Source: Nanobdellota archaeon (GTDB lineage: Archaea > Nanobdellota > Nanobdellia > Nanobdellales > Nanobdellaceae). Taken from it: a stretch of DNA of 32,000 nt. The stretch lies in NCBI GenBank assembly GCA_042850255.1, contig AP031373.1:120001-152000 (forward strand), given 5' to 3'. Made by a program: the position numbers and the translations under genes. The notes below the pieces were generated by a model. It made no database searches. It saw only the letters and a program-made list of their open reading frames with translations, and was not told the origin of the DNA. This document shows positions 25,185 through 32,000 of this stretch, one piece after another. Numbering within the stretch: the stretch's first letter is position 1; every line of letters begins with the position of its first letter.

Positions 25185-27465
25185 ATAATTCTCTTAATTT
25201 ATCTAACATTATTTTCTTTTCCATTCTCAATACAGTTTCTCTTACTAACTCTATTGCATCTACATTTACAGATATAGAATCTATTCCTAATTTTACTAAT
25301 AATTCTGCATATTCTGGTCTAGATCCTGCTTGTCCACATAATGATGTATATACTCCATATTTCTTACATATTCTTATTACCCTTGATATAAATTTAACAA
25401 CTGCTGGATGTGATTCATCCATTAACTTTTGTACTAATTCATTATTTCTATCTACTCCCAATGTTAATTGTGTTAAATCATTTGTTCCAAATGATATAAA
25501 ATCTATTCCTGCATTTTTAATTATATCTTCTATAGTCATTGCAGCTGCAGGAGTTTCTACCATTATTCCAACTTTTACATCTTTATGAGGTATTAATCCT
25601 TCTTCTTTCATAATTTCTTTTGCTTTATAAACTTCTTCCCATGATGTTACAAATGGGAACATTATCCATAAATTATTTAATCCTCTTTCTTTTACTAATT
25701 TTTTAAATGCCCTTATTTGAGCTCTCAATAAATCTACTTGATCTAAATCTCTTCTAATTCCATGCCATCCCATCATTGGATTTGCTTCTTTAGGTTCTTT
25801 TTCTCCCCCTTCTAAATTTCTATATTCATCAGTTCTCATATCTAATGTTCTAACTATTACAGGTTTTGGATACATTATCCTTAATATTTCTTCTAATCTT
25901 TCTGTTATCATATCTGTAAATTCGTTTAATTTTCCATTTTCTAAATACCATCTAGGATGTTTTCTATTCCTTAATACTAAGAATTCCATTCTTAATAATC
26001 CAATACCATCTACTAAATCTTTTACCTTGCTTGCAGTTTCTGGATAATCTGCTATAGCCATTATTTTTGTTGCAGATATTTCCACAGGAGTAGATTTTAT
26101 AAGTTTCTTAGCAACTTCTTTCTTAGTTAATTCTTCCAATTTTACTTCTCCCTCATATACAACTCCATGGGTTCCATCTACAGTTATTATCATTCCATCT
26201 TTCAATATTTTTGTAGCTTCTCCAGTACCAACTACAGCAGGTTTTCCTAATTCTCTAGAAACTATTGCAGCATGAGATAAATGTCCACCCTCATCTGTTA
26301 CAATTGCAGAAGCTTTTGCCATTAAAGGTTCATAATCTGGATTTGTCATTTTAGTTACTAATACATCCCCTTCTTCAAATTTATCAAATTCTTCAGGTGA
26401 TAATATTATTTTTACTTTTCCAACCCCGATACCAGGAGATGCGGCAATACCTTTTAATAATACCTTAGCTTCCTTTGATATTTTTTCCTCTTTTACATTT
26501 TTCTTTATTGTCGTAATAGCTCTTGTTTGTACAATATATATACCAGTATCATCAATAGCAAATTCTATATCTTGTGGTTTTTCATAATGAGCTTCTAATA
26601 TTTTACCATATGTTGCCAATTTTCTTATTTCTTCATCATTTAATACTCTAGCATTTTTTAAATCTGGAGGAACCTCTACTTCTTTTGTATAAGAATCTGG
26701 ATCGTATATTGTCATAACTTTCTTTTCGTTTATTTTTACATTAATTATATTTAATGTACTTTTATCTACAATATATTCATCGGGTATTACCATTCCAGAT
26801 ACTATTGCTTCCCCTAAACCCCATGAAGATTCTATTACAATTTTTGAACAATCATTTTTAACAGGTTCACATGTAAACATTACTCCAGATTTCTTTGAGA
26901 ATATTTGTCTTTGTATTACAACTGCCAATGCAACTTTATCTTGATCAAATCCAAATGTATGTCTATAATTTATTGCTCTTGCTGTCCATAATGATGCCCA
27001 ACATTTTTTAATTGCATCTAGTAATTTTTCATCTCCTTTTACATTTAGATAAGTTGCCTGCTCACCCGCGAAAGACGCATTAGGAAGATCCTCTGCAGTA
27101 GCAGATGATCTTACAGCTACAAAAATTGGTTCATCTCCAAATATTTTCGATAATCTTCTATAATTATCCAATATTTCATTTTTCATATCTTCTGGTATTT
27201 GACCTTTTATAAATAATTCTTGTATTTGACTCGATGCTTTCCTTAATTGAGAGGGATTATTTATATCTATAGAATTTAATATTTCTTTTATCTTATTTCT
27301 TATATTATTGTAGTCTACAAATCTCCAATATGCTTCCGAAGTTAATACAAACCCAGGAGGTACTGGAATACCAACTTTAGTCATTTCTCCCAAATTTGCA
27401 CCTTTGCCACCAGCAATGTTTACATCATTTTTCGATAATTCATTAAACCACTTTATATATGCCAT
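25177..27465 (-). CDS. ppsA: Phosphoenolpyruvate synthase (pyruvate, water dikinase)
   Basis: 762 aa. N-terminal …VNIAGGKGANLGEM… (ATP-grasp), central …TDEGGHLSHAAIVSRELGKPAVVG… (phosphohistidine swivel) and a C-terminal PEP-utilising TIM barrel (…GIDFISFGTNDLTQ…). Confidence 0.95.
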   Translation of the reverse strand: MAYIKWFNELSKNDVNIAGGKGANLGEMTKVGIPVPPGFVLTSEAYWRFVDYNNIRNKIKEILNSIDINNPSQLRKASSQIQELFIKGQIPEDMKNEILDNYRRLSKIFGDEPIFVAVRSSATAEDLPNASFAGEQATYLNVKGDEKLLDAIKKCWASLWTARAINYRHTFGFDQDKVALAVVIQRQIFSKKSGVMFTCEPVKNDCSKIVIESSWGLGEAIVSGMVIPDEYIVDKSTLNIINVKINEKKVMTIYDPDSYTKEVEVPPDLKNARVLNDEEIRKLATYGKILEAHYEKPQDIEFAIDDTGIYIVQTRAITTIKKNVKEEKISKEAKVLLKGIAASPGIGVGKVKIILSPEEFDKFEEGDVLVTKMTNPDYEPLMAKASAIVTDEGGHLSHAAIVSRELGKPAVVGTGEATKILKDGMIITVDGTHGVVYEGEVKLEELTKKEVAKKLIKSTPVEISATKIMAIADYPETASKVKDLVDGIGLLRMEFLVLRNRKHPRWYLENGKLNEFTDMITERLEEILRIMYPKPVIVRTLDMRTDEYRNLEGGEKEPKEANPMMGWHGIRRDLDQVDLLRAQIRAFKKLVKERGLNNLWIMFPFVTSWEEVYKAKEIMKEEGLIPHKDVKVGIMVETPAAAMTIEDIIKNAGIDFISFGTNDLTQLTLGVDRNNELVQKLMDESHPAVVKFISRVIRICKKYGVYTSLCGQAGSRPEYAELLVKLGIDSISVNVDAIELVRETVLRMEKKIMLDKLRELYE

Positions 27466-27486
27466 AAAAAATAATAAAAATTTGAT

Positions 27487-27494
27487 ATTTATAA
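27487..27494 (-). promoter_or_regulatory. Putative TATA box of ppsA (TTATAAAT on the minus strand)
   Basis: It is centred about 26 nt upstream of the ppsA ATG (27465), consistent with a leaderless transcript. The same spacing recurs at several other genes in the window. Confidence 0.4.
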
Positions 27495-27608
27495 GGATGT
27501 AATATTAAACACTACTACTCTGAACTAATAAAATATTAAAACACCCTATAATCTTTAAATTATGATAATATCAAAAAATTAGTTTAAAATTATAGATGAC
27601 CTCCTTGT

Positions 27609-28523
27609 TTATGTTGTCCCTGTAGGGTTTGTTGCTGTTGTTGTGCCAGGTGATTGTTGTTGTCCTTGTGAGGTTTGTTGTTTAGATTTCATTTCATTTA
27701 ATAAGTCTGCATATGTTTGATTATATTTGTTTACTATAGCATCTTCTACCATTCTATATACTATATCATTCTTATACTTTATCATTCCTGTTATTATTGA
27801 TATAGCATATTTTAATTCAAAGTCGTCTCCTCTATCACTCTCTGCAAAGCTGGTAGCCATATGATTTATTGCTCTAGCAAACCAACTTACTACTGAACCA
27901 CTATAGGTACTCAATAAGTAATCTGCAATTTCTGTAATAGATCCTTTTGGTACATACTTCTTAGGCATTCCTGTTTGCTTTGAATACTCATCTATTAACT
28001 TATTAATAAATGCTGTTCTAAGTCCTTGATATTCTCCCATATATTTTCTTATTTGATTTGCTATTTCACTCTCATCTATTTCTTCTCCATTGCTTACGAA
28101 CTTTCTATATATTCTGGTAAATAGTAGATACAATGTCTTTAAATTCTGATTTCTACTTAAAGCATACTGATTTATATTGCCATTTCTATCAAATATTCCA
28201 GCTCCTGTTAATGCATAAGCAAGAGATGCTAAATAAAAATCTATATATTTATTTTTAAATTGTTGTTGTACTAAATCATCTATTTTAGGATCAAATTTAA
28301 AGTTAGATTTTTCATTAATATAAGCAGCTCCTGCTAATCTATTAAAATACTTTTTATATTTTCTTCCAATGTGGGATTCAAACGAGTCTCCAAATTCATT
28401 TATGCTACCATAATATAAATCTATTATTTCAGTATCATCACTATAATCTTCTTGAGGAAGAGCATGTTTTATTATATCTTCTAGATCCTTCCTTTGAGGT
28501 ATGTATTTATCTATTCCGACCAT
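27609..28523 (-). CDS. Hypothetical protein (304 aa) with a Q/T/G/P-rich C-terminal tail
   Basis: Long ORF that is visibly less AT-biased than its neighbours. It ends …KSKQQTSQGQQQSPGTTTATNPTGTT. GTTTATAAAA lies about 25 nt upstream of the ATG. I recognise no domain. Confidence 0.6.
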   Translation of the reverse strand: MVGIDKYIPQRKDLEDIIKHALPQEDYSDDTEIIDLYYGSINEFGDSFESHIGRKYKKYFNRLAGAAYINEKSNFKFDPKIDDLVQQQFKNKYIDFYLASLAYALTGAGIFDRNGNINQYALSRNQNLKTLYLLFTRIYRKFVSNGEEIDESEIANQIRKYMGEYQGLRTAFINKLIDEYSKQTGMPKKYVPKGSITEIADYLLSTYSGSVVSWFARAINHMATSFAESDRGDDFELKYAISIITGMIKYKNDIVYRMVEDAIVNKYNQTYADLLNEMKSKQQTSQGQQQSPGTTTATNPTGTT

Positions 28524-28619
28524 ATTATATATATCTATGGAAAATTTTATAAACCTATCGTTACTGATAATCCGATAATAGTAAATAACAAAAAGAAAAA
28601 AGTTTATAAATATTCAGCT

Positions 28620-29012
28620 TTATTTCTTTAATAGTTCATCTACTGCCTTTATTATTTCATCCATCAATTGTTTACCTTCTCCAGGTTCTATTATTGCTGC
28701 TGTAGATGCTTGTGTATTTATTCCGCATGATTGTCCTAATTTTTGTTTAGAAGATACATAAACATATTTTACTCCCTTTTCTTCACATAATTCTGGCAAA
28801 TGCATAACTATTTCTGGTGGATCAACATCTAATGCAATTGCTACTAATTTTGCTTGTCCTCTATCTACTGCCTTGGTTGTTTCATTTGTCCCTTTTCTTA
28901 TCTTCCCTGTTTGTCTTGCTTTTTCAAATAATTCATATACCTTTGCTTCATAGTTCTGCACAAATGTATTTAATACATCTTCAGGCCATTTTACGTATGG
29001 AGCTGTCATCAT
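28620..29012 (-). CDS. rpl7ae: Ribosomal protein L7Ae (K-turn binding protein)
   Basis: 130 aa. …[58 protein letters not shown]… is the canonical L7Ae core. Confidence 0.95.
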   Translation of the reverse strand: MMTAPYVKWPEDVLNTFVQNYEAKVYELFEKARQTGKIRKGTNETTKAVDRGQAKLVAIALDVDPPEIVMHLPELCEEKGVKYVYVSSKQKLGQSCGINTQASTAAIIEPGEGKQLMDEIIKAVDELLKK

Positions 29013-29055
29013 GATTCATCATGTATAAAAACAAAATAAAAAAAATATTTAAAAA

Positions 29056-29361
29056 TTATATCTCTGCAGACTCTCCTTCTTGAGAAGATGGAAATCCTTC
29101 TTCGGATCCTTCTGAAGAATTATCTAAAGAACTCTCTTCAGAAACTGAAGAACTAGTAGTGCTTCCTTCAGAAACAGGTTCAGCAATTACATAACTTGGT
29201 CCAACTCTAGTAACTTTAACATTACCTTTCCAACCAGGAGTAACATTCTTAACAAAAGTAGCAATTCCTTTTATCCTAGCAAATCCATCTCCCCTCTGTG
29301 TCAAACTCTTTATCTCTACCTCATATACATCTCCTACTTTTATACCTCTAACAGCCATCAA
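29056..29361 (-). CDS. TRAM-domain protein with an acidic Ser/Glu-rich tail
   Basis: The N-terminal ~60 aa (…VGDVYEVEIKSLTQRGDGFARIKGIATFVKNVTPGWKGNVKVTRVGPSYVIAEPV) form a TRAM fold signature. They are followed by …STTSSSVSEESSLDNSSEGSEEGFPSSQEGESAEI. Confidence 0.8.
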   Translation of the reverse strand: MMAVRGIKVGDVYEVEIKSLTQRGDGFARIKGIATFVKNVTPGWKGNVKVTRVGPSYVIAEPVSEGSTTSSSVSEESSLDNSSEGSEEGFPSSQEGESAEI

Positions 29362-29389
29362 ATTATATTTAATTAACTTATATATAAGT

Positions 29390-31291
29390 TTAACTATTTT
29401 TTATATTTTTTCCTTTTTCGATTATTTGGTTTGTCTCTTCATAAAGATTTTCCAATATTTTTTTGTAATCTTCTTTCCCTTCAGATATTTTATCCATAAT
29501 ATCTTCTAAATCTCTTGTTCTTTTCTCAGATACAAAATCTCCAAAATTTTTTTCTAAGAAATCATAAACATTAATTCCTAATTTTGTTGGGATAAGGTTA
29601 TTACTTTTATCTATTACATATCCTCTTCCCATTACTTTTTTTACTATTATAGCGTATGTAGAAGGTCTTCCTATATCCCTTTCCTTCATTAAATTTATTA
29701 TATCTGCTTGAGAATATAACCTAACTTTAGGTATTTTCCTACCTATAATATCCTTTATTTTTATTGGTTTTATTGGATTATTCTTCATTACATTTATTCT
29801 ATATGGATATATTAAATCCCATCCATGTTCTTTTACATCTTTTAATCCTTCTATTTGTATTTCTTTTTCTATAACTGGAATTTTTATCCTTTCTATAAAT
29901 TTATTTATAATTACATATTTCATTTGAGATTGAATGAATCTTCTAAATATCAGATCATAAATTATATAGTGATATCTTGTCATATTTATAAAAACTTCTA
30001 TTTCTCCATTTTCTATTGCTTCTCTTAATTGTTCTGAATCCAAAGGTCTAGTAGGTCTTATAGCTTCATGAGCTCCACCTTCTCCCCATGATCTACCAAC
30101 AAATAATTCTTCTCCAAATTTTTCAGAAATATAATCTTTTGCTATAGAGATTCCTAATGGAGATATTCTAGTAGAATCTGTTCTATGATATGTAATTAAT
30201 GCAGATTCGAATAATTCTTGTAATATTTGCATTATTCTATCTACCCCTATTTTTAATACCATATTTGCATCTTGTAAAATTGTACTAGTTATATAGGGAG
30301 GTAATGGATCTATTTTTTCTTCTACCTCTTTATATTCTAAAACCTGTATTTCTTTATCTTTTAAATTTTTTATTATTTTATTTATTGTTCTTCTATCCTT
30401 TGCATCAGTATCTATTACTAATTTCCTATCATCTTCTAATATCAATTCTAAAATATATGATCTTGATCTATTTCTTTCAATAAATCTATCAATTATCCAA
30501 CCTAAAACAGGAGTTTGAACTCTTCCAGCAGATAACCAATTTTTATTAAAATATTTTTGGACTATTTGGGATAAACTAAATCCTAACCATCTATCTTCTA
30601 TTCTTCTAACAACTTGTGATTTTACTAAATTTAAATCTATATCCCTTAAATTTTGTAAAGCATTTAATATTGCAGTTTTTGTTACTTCATGAAATTCTGC
30701 TCTTTTTATATTTCTATTAAATGGGTATAAAACTAAATATAATGAATATGCAATCATTTCACCTTCTGTATCAGGATCTGTTCCTATTATTACCTGGTCT
30801 ACTTCTTGTGCTAATTCTTGTAAAGCTTTAATCCTATTTATAGAATCGTCTATATTTGTAGAACCACAATATGGACATTTTCCATCTTTATATTCAGTAA
30901 ATTGAGCTCCACAATTCAAACATTTTTTTATAGTATTATAATATGGATAAAAATCTTGTTCTTTTCTTTCTATACCAAATAAACCTATTGGATCTGTAGT
31001 TAATTCTAATATATGACCTTTGGAGGCGGTAATAATTAAATGAGCATTACCTAACGATACTTCATATATTTTTATTCCATTTATATTTCTTATAGAAGGT
31101 CTACCAAAAAATGATGATATAGTTCTAGCCTTATTAGGAGATTCAACTATAAATAATATAACTTTCATTAATTCTTGTACACTTTTTTCAATTTTTCCAG
31201 TTTTAATATCTTTCACTATTTCCCTTTCTTCTTCAATTTCTTTTTTTATTTTTTCTATATCTATTTCTGAAAAATTCTTAAAAATATACAT
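29390..31291 (-). CDS. rgy: Reverse gyrase, topoisomerase IA module encoded as a stand-alone ORF (split reverse gyrase)
   Basis: 633 aa. Toprim start …LFIVESPNKARTISSFFGRPS…, the inserted zinc ribbon CLNCGAQFTEYKDGKCPYCGS, and the active-site motif …ALITYHRTDSTRISP…. No helicase-like domain lies upstream; the adjacent upstream gene is aEF-1beta. Confidence 0.85.
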   Translation of the reverse strand: MYIFKNFSEIDIEKIKKEIEEEREIVKDIKTGKIEKSVQELMKVILFIVESPNKARTISSFFGRPSIRNINGIKIYEVSLGNAHLIITASKGHILELTTDPIGLFGIERKEQDFYPYYNTIKKCLNCGAQFTEYKDGKCPYCGSTNIDDSINRIKALQELAQEVDQVIIGTDPDTEGEMIAYSLYLVLYPFNRNIKRAEFHEVTKTAILNALQNLRDIDLNLVKSQVVRRIEDRWLGFSLSQIVQKYFNKNWLSAGRVQTPVLGWIIDRFIERNRSRSYILELILEDDRKLVIDTDAKDRRTINKIIKNLKDKEIQVLEYKEVEEKIDPLPPYITSTILQDANMVLKIGVDRIMQILQELFESALITYHRTDSTRISPLGISIAKDYISEKFGEELFVGRSWGEGGAHEAIRPTRPLDSEQLREAIENGEIEVFINMTRYHYIIYDLIFRRFIQSQMKYVIINKFIERIKIPVIEKEIQIEGLKDVKEHGWDLIYPYRINVMKNNPIKPIKIKDIIGRKIPKVRLYSQADIINLMKERDIGRPSTYAIIVKKVMGRGYVIDKSNNLIPTKLGINVYDFLEKNFGDFVSEKRTRDLEDIMDKISEGKEDYKKILENLYEETNQIIEKGKNIKNS

Positions 31292-31569
31292 TATAATTGA
31301 GCCAAAGATACAGATACTATTTCAGAATTACTTACCCCTTCTATGCTATTTATTTTTTCTAATAATTCTTCTTCACTAAATTCTTGATCTGGATATAAAA
31401 ATTTTATTAATAAAGCATTTAATCCAAATGCAATAGGTTGTATTTCATGAGATAAATATTGACCTCCAAATTCTTTTATTTTTTCCTTAGCTTTTTCATT
31501 TATATTTTCTAAATTTACATCTACATCGTTTGGGGATATTTTTAATGTTATAACAACATATCTTGCCAT
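31291..31569 (-). CDS. Translation elongation factor aEF-1 beta
   Basis: 92 aa. MARYVVITLKISPNDVDVNLENI…IQPIAFGLNALLIKFLYPD…IEGVSNSEIVSVS matches aEF-1beta over its full length. Its TAA overlaps the rgy ATG (TAATG). Confidence 0.9.
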   Translation of the reverse strand: MARYVVITLKISPNDVDVNLENINEKAKEKIKEFGGQYLSHEIQPIAFGLNALLIKFLYPDQEFSEEELLEKINSIEGVSNSEIVSVSLAQL

Positions 31570-31570
31570 T

Positions 31571-31744
31571 TTATGGTCCTATAAATCCACAGTTTGGGCA
31601 TTTCCATTCTAAGCCTAGAGATTTTTCTCTATTATTTCTTATTATAACACCTTGTCCACAATTTGGACATATAAATTTTACTATAGTATCTCCCACCATT
31701 AACTTCCTTAATGTATTTGTTCTTTCAATTTCATTTATATCCAT
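31571..31744 (-). CDS. Unannotated 57-aa Zn-ribbon protein (COG2888-type, usual upstream partner of aEF-1beta)
   Basis: Manual translation gives MDINEIERTNTLRKLMVGDTIVKFICPNCGQGVIIRNNREKSLGLEWKCPNCGFIGP*. It has two CPNCG knuckles and the family-typical C-terminal CG-F-x-GP. The stop lies 1 nt before the aEF-1beta ATG. The track lists only an antisense ORF here. Confidence 0.8.
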   Translation of the reverse strand: MDINEIERTNTLRKLMVGDTIVKFICPNCGQGVIIRNNREKSLGLEWKCPNCGFIGP

Positions 31745-31768
31745 TAAATATTCATAATTAATTACCTT

Positions 31769-32000
31769 TTAAATCTTTTGTATAGATAGAAGTAATAAAT
31801 TTTTATTGTTATTATATATATTAACTTTATCTGAAATTTCTAGATTATATTTAATAATATAATTTTTGATATTATTAATTATCTTTTCGTATTTTTCTTC
31901 TTTATTGTATAATAATAAAAATAATTTTCCATTGTTTTTTAGAATCTTATCAGAATGATAAAAAATATATTTATCTTTTATATTTATTTTTTGATCCTTT
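31769..32000 (-). CDS. 3' end of an unidentified CDS entering from the right edge
   Basis: The frame is open from the window edge to the TAA at 31769-31771 (…HSDKILKNNGKLFLLLYNKEEKYEKIINNIKNYIIKYNLEISDKV…SIQKI*). I recognise no domain. Confidence 0.3.
   Translation of the reverse strand, partial: KDQKINIKDKYIFYHSDKILKNNGKLFLLLYNKEEKYEKIINNIKNYIIKYNLEISDKVNIYNNNKNLLLLSIQKI

Noticed and set aside
25154-25588. 144-aa plus-strand ORF antisense to ppsA (and 24857..25057 antisense to the T2SF gene)
   Set aside because: It lies fully within the unambiguous PEP synthase reading frame on the other strand and has no recognisable features of its own.
28817-29014. 65-aa plus-strand ORF antisense to L7Ae. 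Similar antisense ORFs are 17006..17188 (pilin), 20983..21285, 10887..11084, 9906..10115 and 478..660.
   Set aside because: All are antisense to confidently identified or much longer genes, and none has an independent signature.
31563-31757. 64-aa plus-strand ORF from the track
   Set aside because: The minus strand here encodes a well-formed double-CPNCG zinc ribbon in the conserved position upstream of aEF-1beta, so the plus-strand ORF is its shadow.
1-32000. CRISPR arrays, rRNA genes, IS elements or transposases, integrases, inteins
   Set aside because: I saw no regularly spaced direct repeats, no rRNA-like GC-rich long segments, and no ORF with transposase, integrase or intein motifs on either strand.

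Overview
The window is extremely AT-rich archaeal DNA, roughly a quarter G+C or less by eye. The only clearly GC-rich islands are three tRNA genes, which is typical of an AT-rich hyperthermophile. Gene content is archaeal: L7Ae, aEF-1beta with its usual Zn-ribbon partner, Taw1, PEP synthase, ADP-forming acetyl-CoA synthetase, an archaeal type IV pilin, and a reverse-gyrase topoisomerase module encoded without the helicase half. That split, the tiny intergenic spacers, and TATA boxes about 27 nt upstream of start codons (leaderless mRNAs) suggest a reduced Nanoarchaeota/DPANN-like genome; this is inference only. The window has two parts. (i) About 2.8-15.3 kb is an island of orphan genes. Its core is a head-to-tail array of five ~310-aa paralogs of a family I cannot assign (4582-9357), one of them interrupted by a single in-frame TAA. 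The island also holds a truncated archaeal ATPase remnant, a PIN-like two-gene cassette and several ORF-free stretches. (ii) About 15.3-32 kb is mostly housekeeping but has unusual architecture. The ACD alpha subunit is split exactly at a domain boundary by an opposite-strand coiled-coil gene, and that gene has a paralog 1.5 kb away; both resemble the ESCRT-III/PspA superfamily. I also found two small ORFs missing from the ORF track (a 57-aa Zn-ribbon and a 41-aa basic protein), one candidate C/D box sRNA, a GC-rich hairpin island, and tandem C-box-like motifs at the L7Ae start. I saw no CRISPR array, rRNA, transposase or integrase.
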